Shown here: positions 52,518 to 62,231 of the stretch, piece after piece
Layout of the letters: each line of letters begins with the position of its first letter
Numbering within the stretch: position 1 is the first letter of the stretch
From: Candidatus Poribacteria bacterium
GTDB lineage: Bacteria; Poribacteria; WGA-4E; JAJDTR01
Direction: 5' to 3'
DNA length: 64,000 bases
Assembly: GCA_965197465.1 (NCBI GenBank)
Contig: OZ240209.1
Span: 4,288,958-4,352,957 of the forward strand
Notes under the pieces: generated by a model
The model's input: the letters and a program-made list of their open reading frames with translations, nothing else
The model's database searches: none
Told to the model about the DNA's origin: nothing
Translations under genes and position numbers: made by a program

Positions 52518-54821
52518 CTACTTGCTCACCAACATTTTCCGTGTGGCGGTGAAATCTCCTGCGGTCAGCGTGCAGAAGTAGACGCCATTCACTACTGTCT
52601 CTCCCTGCTGATTTTGTCCGTCCCAATATGCCGCGTGACCTCGCTCGGTGTAGAATCCCGCTGGTTGATATCCCAAATCAAATTGCCGCACCAACGCACC
52701 TTTCCCGTCATGGATCGTGAGCGTGACATCGGCGTCGCCCGCGAGATGGTACGGCATCCACGTCTCCGGGTTGAACGGATTCGGATAGTTGGGCAGAAGC
52801 GCCGTTTCTGTAGGCGTTAGGGGTGCGGTTGAAGTTGAGGGTTCCGGGAATTGCCTCATCCCATCGGTAACCGACGCTCGCTTGGTGTTGCTCCAAGTCG
52901 TCGCACGCATCAGGTCCCAGAGTAAAATTGTGCCATCGCCGCTCCCACTCGCAAGCGTGAGTCCATCCGGAGAAAATGCTACAGAACTTACCCAATCGGC
53001 ATGTCCTTCAAATGTCCGCAGGTGTTCCCCGGTGCCAGAATTCCATAGACGGACTGTGTCGTCCCAACTCCCGCTCGCAAGCGATACGCCGTCGGGAGAA
53101 AACGCTACGGACCCCACCCCGCTCGTATGTCCTTCAATTGTCCGCAGACGTTCACCAGTGATCGCATCCCATATACGAATCGTGTCGTCCGAACCCCCGC
53201 TCGCAAGCGTAAGCCCATCGGGAGAAAACGCCACGGACGTGACAGAGTATTGGTGCCCCACTAGAGCGTGCGTGGCATTCGCCGTACGGAGATCCCAGAG
53301 ACGAACTGTCGCGTCGTTCCATCCGCCGCCGCTCGCAAGCATAGAACCATCGGGCGTAAACGCTATGGTAGAGACAGTGCCCACATGGCCCGTTAGAGTT
53401 TCCAGCCTCTCACCGGTGCGGACATTCCATAAATGAACCTTGCTGCCATACCCACTGGCAAGCAGTCTCCCGTTGGGTGAAATCGCCACGGAATCGACAT
53501 CTCCCCATCCCAATCCAATCCTCTCCCAAAGGATATGTAAACTTTCGCCGGTGTGCGCATCCCACAAACGAGCTGTAAGGTCTGAACTGCCGCCGCTAGC
53601 AAGCGTGGAGCCTTGCGGCGAGAACGCCAAGGACACGACTCGGGTCTCATGTCCCTTCAGGGCAAGGAAGTTTCTTCCGGTATGCACATCCCACAGAAGA
53701 ATCGGATCGTCAATATATCCTGTGCCACTCGCAAGCGTAATGCCATCGGGAGAATATGCGATGGAATTCACAGGCGTCGTGTGTTCTACGATGGCCAGAA
53801 TATCTTCGCCAGTGTGCACATCCCATAACCACACCGTTCCGTCCCGACTACCCCCGCCCGCAATTGTCAACCCATCCGGCGAAAACACTATGAAATCAGC
53901 AGAACCAGTATGCCCATACAATGCCTTTAGATGTTCCCCGGTGTGGACATCCCACAATCGTACAGGGTCGTTTGAGCCTCGACCTCCACTCGCAAGCGTA
54001 AGACCATCGGGCGAGAACGATATGGAACTCACACCGACCGCTCGTTCTTCAAACGGACGCAGGAGTTCTCCGGTGCTGACACCCCATAGAAGAATTGTGG
54101 TGTCCACCCAACTGTAGCTGCCACTGGCAAGCATTGAGCCATCGGGCGAGAACGCTACCTCACTGACTCCACGGACCTGCCCCTTGAGCGTGTGCAGGAG
54201 CTCACCGGTGTGGACATGCCACAGACGAATTGTGCTCACCTCCCAACCGCCTCCGCTCGCAAGTGTGGAACCATCGGGCGAAAACTGAACAACTTCGACC
54301 GACTGCGAATGACCGGAAAGTGCTCGCAAGAACTCCCCGGTGCGAATATCCCACAATCGAACCGTCTTGTCGCCGCTCCCGCTGGCGAGCGTAAGTCCAT
54401 CAGGCGAGAACACCACAGATTCGACCGAGCGCGAATGTCCCTCAAGTGTATGCAGATGCGTCCCGGTGCGCACATCCCACAGACGGACTGTTTTGTCTCT
54501 CGACCCTCCGCCGCTAGCGAGCGTAAGTCCATCAGGCGAGAACGCTACGGCATACACCCTATCTGAATGCCCGGTGAGAAGATTGACTTCGGCGCCAGTT
54601 TTCGCGTCATAGAGCCATACGCCGATGATACTTGGGACAGCGAGCAGGGCTCTGTCCGGGGAATAGGCAATCTTGCCGGTTATCTCACCCTTGCCGAGCC
54701 GCATCTTGGCGCCATCGGGCAACCCCCACCGGGTATAGTCTTGGGCATAGCTAGTCTGCAAAGACAATGACAATGCGGTACCGAACATGACGCTGAGTAT
54801 GAAAAACCGAGATCTTCTCAT
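52518..54821 (-). CDS. Secreted WD40-repeat protein with TTW linker and FlgD-Ig tail
   Basis: WD40 repeats, ATTWSNTKR, LLPNYPNPFNPETW. Confidence 0.93.
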   Translation of the reverse strand: MRRSRFFILSVMFGTALSLSLQTSYAQDYTRWGLPDGAKMRLGKGEITGKIAYSPDRALLAVPSIIGVWLYDAKTGAEVNLLTGHSDRVYAVAFSPDGLTLASGGGSRDKTVRLWDVRTGTHLHTLEGHSRSVESVVFSPDGLTLASGSGDKTVRLWDIRTGEFLRALSGHSQSVEVVQFSPDGSTLASGGGWEVSTIRLWHVHTGELLHTLKGQVRGVSEVAFSPDGSMLASGSYSWVDTTILLWGVSTGELLRPFEERAVGVSSISFSPDGLTLASGGRGSNDPVRLWDVHTGEHLKALYGHTGSADFIVFSPDGLTIAGGGSRDGTVWLWDVHTGEDILAIVEHTTPVNSIAYSPDGITLASGTGYIDDPILLWDVHTGRNFLALKGHETRVVSLAFSPQGSTLASGGSSDLTARLWDAHTGESLHILWERIGLGWGDVDSVAISPNGRLLASGYGSKVHLWNVRTGERLETLTGHVGTVSTIAFTPDGSMLASGGGWNDATVRLWDLRTANATHALVGHQYSVTSVAFSPDGLTLASGGSDDTIRIWDAITGERLRTIEGHTSGVGSVAFSPDGVSLASGSWDDTVRLWNSGTGEHLRTFEGHADWVSSVAFSPDGLTLASGSGDGTILLWDLMRATTWSNTKRASVTDGMRQFPEPSTSTAPLTPTETALLPNYPNPFNPETWMPYHLAGDADVTLTIHDGKGALVRQFDLGYQPAGFYTERGHAAYWDGQNQQGETVVNGVYFCTLTAGDFTATRKMLVSK

Positions 54822-54851
54822 CGGATAATTTTCTTCCGGCAAACGTAAATT

Positions 54852-57140
54852 CTATTTCCTGATTAACATTTTCCGCGTCGTACTAAAACCGCCTGCCCTT
54901 AGGGTGCAGAAATAGACGCCATTTGCTACCGTCTCGCCCTGTTGATTGCGTCCGTCCCAATACGCCGCCCGCTCGCGGCTCCGGTACGCACCAGCCGGCT
55001 GGTATCCCACTGCCAGTGTCCAAACCGCTCGCCCGTTCATATCATATATCGCCAGCGACACCTCAGCGGGCTTCTCCAACTGGTACGGTATCCAGGTCTC
55101 GGGATTGAACGGGTTCGGGTAGTTCGGCAGGAGCGCCGTTGGTGCTAAGGGTGCGGCTGAAGGTGAGAGTGCCGGCAATTGCCTCGTCAAATCGGTAACC
55201 GACACTCGCTTGGCGTCGCCCCAAGTCGTTGCACGCATCAGGTCCCACAGTAGAACCGTGCCGTCTGTGCTCGCGCTAGCCAAGGTTGAGCCATCGGGCG
55301 AGAAAGCCACGCTGGTGACTGACAACCAATTCCAGTTGAAGGTCTTCCTGATCTCCCCGGTGTGTACATCCCGCAATCGAATCACGGCGTCTCGGCCCCC
55401 GCTGGCAAGCATGCCCTCACGGCGCGAAAACGCAATAGCATTGAGCCCACCGGATTCGTCACCGAGGATTCGCAGACTTTTCCCGGAGTGTACATCCCAC
55501 AATCGGATGGTATCGTCTCGACTCCCACTGGCAAGCATGGAACCGTCCGACAGGAACACTACGGAAATGACTTCGTCTGTGTGTCCCTCCAGCATCCCCA
55601 AGTTTTCTCCTGTACGTACGTCCCACAAACGAATCGTGTCGTCTAGACTACCACTGGCAAGTGTGGATCCGTCCGGAGAAAACACTACGGACGAAACCGC
55701 GTTTACGTGTCGACCGAGGGTATGTATTCCTTTTCCCGTGCCCGAATCCCACAACCGAACTGTGTTGTCCCAACCACCACTAGCGACCGTGCGCCCGTCG
55801 GGTGAGAACGCCACCGAATACACCTCGCCCGCATGCGCCTCAAGCGTATGTAGCCGTTCTCCGGAGCGGATATCCCATAACCGAACCGTTCCGTCGTATT
55901 CGCCGCCGCCGCTGGAAAGCGTATACCCATCGGGCGAAAATGCCAAACAACTCACTCCGTGCGTATGTCCCTCGAGTGTTTGCTTGTGCTCCCAAGTTCG
56001 TGCATCCCACACACGAATCGTACCGTAAACGCCGCTGTGTGCAAAGAGATGGCCATCAAGCGAAAAAGCAATAGCGCCTTCCGTGTACGGATATCCCCCA
56101 CGATATCCCTCGATGGTATGCTTGTGTTCCCGAATTCGCATATCCCAAAAACGAATCGTACCGTCCCAACTTGCGCTGACAAGCGTGAGCCCGTCGGGTG
56201 AGATTGCTACAGAAGTCACCCCATCCGTATGTCCGGTTAGCGTCTTCAGGTGTTCTCCCGTATGCCCATCCCACAATCGTATGGTCTCGTCCCGACCTCC
56301 GCTGCAGAGTATGAGTCCATCCGGGGAGAACGCTACCGAGGTTACTTCTTTCACATGCCCCTCAAGCGTATGCAGGTGTTCACCCGTACGCGCATCCCAC
56401 AAACGCACTGCGTTGTCATACCAACCGCCAGCGCTGGCAAGCGTTGAACTGTCAGGCGAGAACGCTAACCAATTGGATTCATCCTTATGCCCCTCAAGCG
56501 TATGCAGGTGCTCACCCGTGCGGACATCCCACAAGCGAATTGTCTCCTCCCGACCGTCTGCGCTGGCTAGCATGGAACCATCCGGGGAGAACGCCACCGC
56601 GTTCACCGAAATTTTGTGACCGTGAAACGAGCGCAGGTGCTCACCCGTACGCACATCCCACAGACTGATTGAGTCGTCCCGCTCTGAGCCGATACGATTT
56701 CCGCTAGCGAGGGTAGAGCCGTCGGGGGAAAACGCCAGAGCAGTTATATAAAGCGCATGACCCTTGAGCGTTCGCCGGTGCTCACCCGTATAGGCGTCCC
56801 ACAAACGAATTGTAGGGTCGTCCCTGCCGCGGCCGCCGCTAGCAAGCGTGGCGCCGTCCGGAGAAAACGCGACGGAACCGACCCGAGCTGTATGCCCTGT
56901 GAGCAGGTTGAGTTCGGTGCCGGTCCCGGCATCATAAATCCAAATACCGGCATTGCTCGCGATCGCGATCCGAGTCCCGTCGGGTGAATAGGAAATATTG
57001 CTGGTTATTTCACCCTTCCCGATGCGCGTTTTCGCGCCTTTGGGCAATCCCCATCGTGTATAATCTTGGGCGAAACTGCGCGGCACAAACAGAGCAACAG
57101 CGAGCAATAGGTAAAGTTTGAATATCCATTTACTCCTCAT
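54852..57140 (-). CDS. Secreted WD40-repeat protein with TTWG linker and FlgD-Ig tail
   Basis: WD40 repeats, ATTWGDAKR, LLPNYPNPFNPETWIPYQL. Confidence 0.93.
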   Translation of the reverse strand: MRSKWIFKLYLLLAVALFVPRSFAQDYTRWGLPKGAKTRIGKGEITSNISYSPDGTRIAIASNAGIWIYDAGTGTELNLLTGHTARVGSVAFSPDGATLASGGRGRDDPTIRLWDAYTGEHRRTLKGHALYITALAFSPDGSTLASGNRIGSERDDSISLWDVRTGEHLRSFHGHKISVNAVAFSPDGSMLASADGREETIRLWDVRTGEHLHTLEGHKDESNWLAFSPDSSTLASAGGWYDNAVRLWDARTGEHLHTLEGHVKEVTSVAFSPDGLILCSGGRDETIRLWDGHTGEHLKTLTGHTDGVTSVAISPDGLTLVSASWDGTIRFWDMRIREHKHTIEGYRGGYPYTEGAIAFSLDGHLFAHSGVYGTIRVWDARTWEHKQTLEGHTHGVSCLAFSPDGYTLSSGGGEYDGTVRLWDIRSGERLHTLEAHAGEVYSVAFSPDGRTVASGGWDNTVRLWDSGTGKGIHTLGRHVNAVSSVVFSPDGSTLASGSLDDTIRLWDVRTGENLGMLEGHTDEVISVVFLSDGSMLASGSRDDTIRLWDVHSGKSLRILGDESGGLNAIAFSRREGMLASGGRDAVIRLRDVHTGEIRKTFNWNWLSVTSVAFSPDGSTLASASTDGTVLLWDLMRATTWGDAKRVSVTDLTRQLPALSPSAAPLAPTALLPNYPNPFNPETWIPYQLEKPAEVSLAIYDMNGRAVWTLAVGYQPAGAYRSRERAAYWDGRNQQGETVANGVYFCTLRAGGFSTTRKMLIRK

Positions 57141-57216
57141 TCGATTGTTCTCCTTGCGATGAGCATCTTTTCTCACAGCTTGCTCATTTTTTGCGCCGTG
57201 CAGACAGCATTATCGC

Positions 57217-59493
57217 TTATTTCACAAGATTCATCCGGCGGGTGTTATGAGATTCGCCCGCCTGCAACGAATAGAAATATAATCCGCTCGAAACGGTCTC
57301 GCCCGCATCATTCCGCCCATCCCAATAGGCGGCTTGGGACCGAGAAAGATAATCGCCCGCCGGCTTAGCTCCGAGATTTAGCGTTCGCACCTGACGCCCC
57401 GACGCATCGTGAATCCGGATGTTTACGTTGGCTAACTCGCTCAGTCGATACGGTATCCAGGTTTCCGGGTTGAACGGGTTGGGAAAGTTCGGCAGCAACG
57501 CTGTTTTCTTGACCTGTCCCAAGAGCGTCGGTCTAGGGAGAAGGCGTGCATTGACATCCCAGATCTGCGGCGACGGGTATGTGAGACGTGTGAGGAGCAC
57601 TGATCCATCCTGAGCCACATCCCAATATTCAGGCACGAATGGGTGTTCAAGCGGTTGATTGGCACGCCAATTCCAAATCTGCAAACCATCCTTTCCGTTC
57701 AAGAACAGGTAACGCCCGTCTGCGCTGAAATGTGCCGGGCCTCTGCCGTCTATCCGAAACACCTGTTCCGGCCCTTGTTCCCCGAGTCGCCATCCCATAA
57801 CGGAGGAGGACGACGCAAAAACCAGAATCGGGGGCGTCGCATGTGGATGAAAAACGAGGTTTGCACCGTAGGTATAATGCATTTGCATAGGTGGGATCCA
57901 TGCATAGCGATAACTGTACCCGTGTTCGCCCTGTTCCCACAGGTGCAATCGAGTATGCTGATCCGATGCGGCAAGACAATGGTCGTCTTCACTGAATGCA
58001 ATGAAAAATCCCGGGTTGATTCCTAGCAACTCGCGCCGGTGCGGTTGATCGACGTCTACTACAATTATTGCGTTATTCCGATTAGCGCCCGTCGCAATGC
58101 GGTTTCCGTGGTTACTAAACGTAAGCCCCAGCGCCGCCCTAGCGTCGGGAAGATACGTCTGCAGCTCACCGGTATGTATATCCCGGACTTCCGTGCCGTC
58201 TGCGTACAACCCGACCGCGAATTGCCGACTATCCGCAGAGATGGCTAACGTCTGACGATAGTTCTGCATACCCTCGAATACAATTTGCCGCAACGAGCCC
58301 GATGGCACATCCCATATCTTAATCAACGTGTTATTTACCTCCACGAGCGATCTACCGTCCGGGCTGAGCTTACTCCGACCACCGCCGCCGTAATCTGCCC
58401 ATAGTCTTAACTGTCGATTCTGTTTCATGTCCCAAAGAACGGCAACTTGACCGTGATACTGAAGAATCGCAAGGCTTTCGTCGGGAGATACTGAGACGTG
58501 CCTGAGTGCGGTCGGTTCCGCACGGATTTCGTTGATTGACGCGCCTGTCTCAACGTCCCAGACGCGCAGTCGGTCATTGAACGTATTCCTATATGCCGGA
58601 TACCGCGTTCTGGTCCCCACGTACAGCCGTCGGCTATCTCGGCTGAAAAAGAGCTCGAACACCTCGCCCGCACGGCGAGATTCCGAGTCTCCATTCCGCA
58701 ACGTTCGCACCAGTTGGCGGGTCTCGGCGTTCCACAGGTAGACCTTCGTCGACTCCACCTCGGTCGTGGCAATCCATTGTCCATCGGGGCTGTAGGCAAC
58801 TTTGGTAACCCAGCCATCATGACCTTCCAAATGCCCGGCAAGCTTTCGTGTCTCAAGATCCCAAATTTCGGCATCCGGACGTTTCGATCCAACCACGAGA
58901 AATCGAGCGTCGGGACTGAAGGCTATGGAGAAGACAAATGGCGCATGGTCGCTACAGTTCGAACTGCTCCAGCCACTGCCAGATCGACGATAACATGCAT
59001 GGATAGATCTCCTCTTATCTTCCAGCCGACCAACCCATTCTCCCGTCTCCCAATCCAGCAGCAAAATCTCGTCTGACCCGCCATTTACCGCAACAAGCGG
59101 CTGTGTCCTACCGAATGCAACCAGAAATGGATAATCCAACACTCCCCCCGACCATGATCGGACAGATTCAAATTCCCATTCGCCGAGTTTCTCCTGTCCG
59201 TTAATGTCCCAGAGTTCGACCGTGTCTCTTCTTCTAATAACAAGCTGCTTGCCATCCGGACTGACAATCACCGACCCTAAGAATTCCGAGCTTTCGGCGA
59301 AGTTTGCAAGCACTACGTCGTTGTCCGGATCCACAATTTCAATATGCTTTGGCATAACGCGAATCATATTTCCGTCAGGAAGGAAAGTCAGTTGACGCAG
59401 TGACCCTTTCCCAATCGATCCAACAGGTTCAATCGCCAGCGCTTCGCCGAAGATGAGCAGCCACGAAAAGAATACGACTACAAATGTTTTCAC
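57217..59493 (-). CDS. Divergent secreted WD40/beta-propeller protein with FlgD-Ig tail (operon leader)
   Basis: GTG start, signal ALA-IE, degenerate WD blades, LLPNFPNPFNPETWIPY. Confidence 0.88.
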   Translation of the reverse strand: MKTFVVVFFSWLLIFGEALAIEPVGSIGKGSLRQLTFLPDGNMIRVMPKHIEIVDPDNDVVLANFAESSEFLGSVIVSPDGKQLVIRRRDTVELWDINGQEKLGEWEFESVRSWSGGVLDYPFLVAFGRTQPLVAVNGGSDEILLLDWETGEWVGRLEDKRRSIHACYRRSGSGWSSSNCSDHAPFVFSIAFSPDARFLVVGSKRPDAEIWDLETRKLAGHLEGHDGWVTKVAYSPDGQWIATTEVESTKVYLWNAETRQLVRTLRNGDSESRRAGEVFELFFSRDSRRLYVGTRTRYPAYRNTFNDRLRVWDVETGASINEIRAEPTALRHVSVSPDESLAILQYHGQVAVLWDMKQNRQLRLWADYGGGGRSKLSPDGRSLVEVNNTLIKIWDVPSGSLRQIVFEGMQNYRQTLAISADSRQFAVGLYADGTEVRDIHTGELQTYLPDARAALGLTFSNHGNRIATGANRNNAIIVVDVDQPHRRELLGINPGFFIAFSEDDHCLAASDQHTRLHLWEQGEHGYSYRYAWIPPMQMHYTYGANLVFHPHATPPILVFASSSSVMGWRLGEQGPEQVFRIDGRGPAHFSADGRYLFLNGKDGLQIWNWRANQPLEHPFVPEYWDVAQDGSVLLTRLTYPSPQIWDVNARLLPRPTLLGQVKKTALLPNFPNPFNPETWIPYRLSELANVNIRIHDASGRQVRTLNLGAKPAGDYLSRSQAAYWDGRNDAGETVSSGLYFYSLQAGESHNTRRMNLVK

Positions 59494-59535
59494 TTTTATG
59501 CCCTTCAATGCTGTACATGGTTTTCGTAACACATA

Positions 59536-59660
59536 TGCAAATGCTATGCCAAGCGTGTATATGACGGAAAAACCTGTCACTACACGGATTTCTAGCGCTA
59601 TGCGGCGTACTCGACGGGTTTAAACTGTTCAGTTTCTGGACAGGATTGTTCAATAATGGG
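59536..59660 (-). promoter_or_regulatory. sigma54 (-24/-12) promoter with tandem activator sites
   Basis: TTGGCATAGCATTTGCA at 59552-59536; TGTTC-N7-GGACA at 59626 and TGTTC at 59647. Confidence 0.8.
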
Positions 59661-60099
59661 TTTATGGAGTGTTCGAGAATGGGCAGGCAGGGGTCTGGGA
59701 ATTGAAATCGGACAACAATTGATAGGATTGGAGTGCCACTTATAGATAGTCGCCAGAGACAGGCTTACCGGTAGGATAAGGGATTCAAGATAGAGAATCC
59801 GGCTAGATTATTTGGTGCAATTACGGAGATGCTACAAACAGAAGAACAGCAGGGGAAACACATCTGATTTTAGGTAATCGACCATCAGAAAATCAAAAAA
59901 GAGATTTTTCAAAGTGAGTAGCAACACTGATTCGTTACACAGCAGAAGCCCCAGATGGGCGACACTTGAATAGCGCAAAAAACGAAAGGTGCCCGCCGGG
60001 CAGCCGTTGCGGCATTCTAGGTTAACTTCCGTAACACTCGGATTCGCCTATAATCCAAAATTCGATCTTAATACTGTCGATGCCCTCAAGACACGACCG

Positions 60100-60172
60100 A
60101 CCTGTCGCCCCGCCGGGGCATGGGAATGAGGGCGTCTGCTGATTCTATACACCTTCCGCACCGCTGGTGCTA
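60100..60172. repeat. REP-like GCCCC..GGGGC / CTATACACCT family repeat
   Basis: Inverted homologue of 243-307; related pieces at ~41485-41620 and ~59945-59960. Confidence 0.6.
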
Positions 60173-60280
60173 AAGATTGCAAAACCCATGCAGCGGAAAA
60201 CAACCGCTGTGATTATCTTTGGTGCAAGCATGATCGAGGGATTTTAGATGCGTTTCCCCTGAGAAGAACAGGCCAAATAC

Positions 60281-60308
60281 TTGACTTCTTAAGATTCGAT
60301 GCTATAAT
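60281..60308 (+). promoter_or_regulatory. sigma70-type promoter for rlmB
   Basis: TTGACT-16 nt-TATAAT with extended TG. Confidence 0.65.
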
Positions 60309-60449
60309 GGCTCAAGTGGTTACCTGTCGGTAATCGTTGGATTAGAATTCCGCTTGACTTGAATAGACGTACACAAGCCCAGCCCGCGAGCGGTGATTGA
60401 CTGAATTTAACTCCCGTTCTCTTGTTCCAAGAAACACGCACGCAGTCTA

Positions 60450-61220
60450 ATGGATAAACAGCATACAACCTCAAACCCATATGCAATCGTCGGACGGAAT
60501 TCCGTGTTGGAACTCTTGCGTGGAGGTGAGCGTGAGATTGAGCTAATCCAGATTGCGCAGGGACGAGACCACCCACGGCTGCGTCAAATCACCTCGCTCG
60601 CTCAGAAAAAGGGAATCCGCTGTGATTTTGTTCCCCGCATTGAACTAGATCGACTTGAGTCAACAATCCCTCATCAGGGCGTTATCGCCATTGCCAGCCC
60701 CAAGAAATACTTGGAAATCGGAACGCTGCTTGAGCAAATCCAGGGCGAACGGGGAGACCGCCCTCCCTTGATTGTAATGTTGGATGGGGTTCAAGATCCG
60801 CACAACCTCGGCGCAGTCATGCGAACAGCCGACGCTGCGGGCGTGGATGGGATTGTGATTCCAAAGAATAGAGCGGTGGGGGTAACGACAACCGTCCATA
60901 AAGCATCGGCGGGCAGCGCGGAATATATCCCGGTTGCCCAAGTCACGAATCTCGCGCGAACTATCGAGCGTATAAAAGACTCCGGACTTTGGGTTATCGG
61001 AGCTGAGCAGGAAGCGCCGCAAATTTACACAAAAGCAGATTTCAGCGTGCCGCTTTGTCTCGTCTTGGGCAATGAAGCGGAGGGGCTGCGAAGGCTCGTG
61101 AGGGAAAAATGCGATTCGCTGGTTCGTTTACCGATGCACGGTCATTTGCCGTCTTTGAACGTGTCGGTAGCGGCGGGAGTGCTACTATACGAGGTTCTTC
61201 GGCAAAGGACGCAAGCGTGA
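60450..61220 (+). CDS. rlmB: 23S rRNA (G2251-2'-O)-methyltransferase
   Basis: HQGVIA, LDGVQDPHNLGA, LGNEAEG and SLNVSVA SPOUT motifs. Confidence 0.93.
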   Translation: MDKQHTTSNPYAIVGRNSVLELLRGGEREIELIQIAQGRDHPRLRQITSLAQKKGIRCDFVPRIELDRLESTIPHQGVIAIASPKKYLEIGTLLEQIQGERGDRPPLIVMLDGVQDPHNLGAVMRTADAAGVDGIVIPKNRAVGVTTTVHKASAGSAEYIPVAQVTNLARTIERIKDSGLWVIGAEQEAPQIYTKADFSVPLCLVLGNEAEGLRRLVREKCDSLVRLPMHGHLPSLNVSVAAGVLLYEVLRQRTQA

Positions 61221-61294
61221 ATCCTCACGGCGGTTAGAGTTATTGCAACCAAGAATTATACACATAGGACTTACACAGTCCAGTCTGTAGGAGC

Positions 61295-61378
61295 GATCAA
61301 CTGAGCGGACAGCGAAGGCGATAGAGATCCCTCTCCGAGTCGATCAAGCGACTGAACAAGGAGCGCGATAGTAATCCA
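61295..61378 (+). mobile_element. Two separate mini-element insertions in one GTAGGAGCGATCTCC REP
   Basis: Empty REP at 31190 and 34121 reads GTAGGAGCGATCTCCGAATCGCGAC; here it is split twice by +35 nt. Confidence 0.88.
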
Positions 61379-61499
61379 TACCTGTCGGGAATCGGAATTC
61401 CCTCCTACGGGGGCGATTGGCTCTTTCCGTTTTCCCCGGTATCAGCAAATTGCTTTATTTGTCATTGCGAAATTTCTCTCAAGACCCAAGATGACCGCG

Positions 61500-62195
61500 T
61501 CAAATCCCTCCCTCCTCCTTCAAGCTGGTATAGATTCCATCTCCGATGATGATGTGATCCAGCACTGGGATTTGGATGTGATTTCCCGCCGCGATTAACT
61601 CCTTTGTCGCCCGAATGTCCTCTTTGCTCGGAGCGGGATCCCCGGACGGGTGGTTGTGAACCAAAAGAATAGCGGCTGCCGCCTCCTCGATGGCGAATCG
61701 AAAAACCTCGCGCGGATGGATAATGCTGGCGTTCAGGCTGCCTTCAAAGATTTGGCGCCTCTTGATTACGTTGTGCTTGGTATCAAGGCAGAGAACGTAC
61801 AATACCTCCTGTTTGAGATCCCGCATGGATGACATCATTAGCCGCGCAACGTCGGACGGCGCGGAGATTTGAAATTTCTCCTCAAAATACGACGCCATGC
61901 GACGTCCCAACTCAAAAGACGCTTTGATTTGAGCCGCCTTTACCGCCCCCAAGCCCTTGACACCCTCTCCCAGTTGCTGCGGAGTCTCATCTGCGATTCG
62001 TTTCAGGTTGCCATCGTACTTTTTCAACAACTGCTCCGCCACCTGCACGGCGGTGGCTTGCCCGGTTCCGGTGCGGATAATGATTGCCAGCAACTCCGAC
62101 GTTTTCAGCGCCTCGGGACCATGCTCTCGGAGACGTTCCATCGGACGCTCGTCTGCCGGCAGATCTTTCAACCGAATGTGATACTCAGATTCCAT
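61500..62195 (-). CDS. radC: RadC/UPF0758 JAB-domain protein
   Basis: ERPMERL, KGLGAVKA, HPREVF, HNHPSGDP and LDHIIIG. Confidence 0.95.
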   Translation of the reverse strand: MESEYHIRLKDLPADERPMERLREHGPEALKTSELLAIIIRTGTGQATAVQVAEQLLKKYDGNLKRIADETPQQLGEGVKGLGAVKAAQIKASFELGRRMASYFEEKFQISAPSDVARLMMSSMRDLKQEVLYVLCLDTKHNVIKRRQIFEGSLNASIIHPREVFRFAIEEAAAAILLVHNHPSGDPAPSKEDIRATKELIAAGNHIQIPVLDHIIIGDGIYTSLKEEGGI

Positions 62196-62231
62196 TTTTC
62201 CCAATATGCCTTACGCGGCATTGGTCGAGGA

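Noticed and set aside
42358-56987. Many long plus-strand ORFs over the WD40 genes (PSGENA repeats)
   Set aside because: Antisense shadows of the repetitive WD40 codons, without RBS or independent motifs.
59940-60020. GC-rich stem segment resembling a riboswitch
   Set aside because: It starts with the GCCCCAG..GGGCGAC repeat family, lies upstream of the rlmB promoter and lacks a recognisable aptamer.
61500-62195. radC as a marker of an integrated mobile element
   Set aside because: It is the full-length chromosomal type with the N-terminal HhH region, among housekeeping genes, with no integrase nearby.
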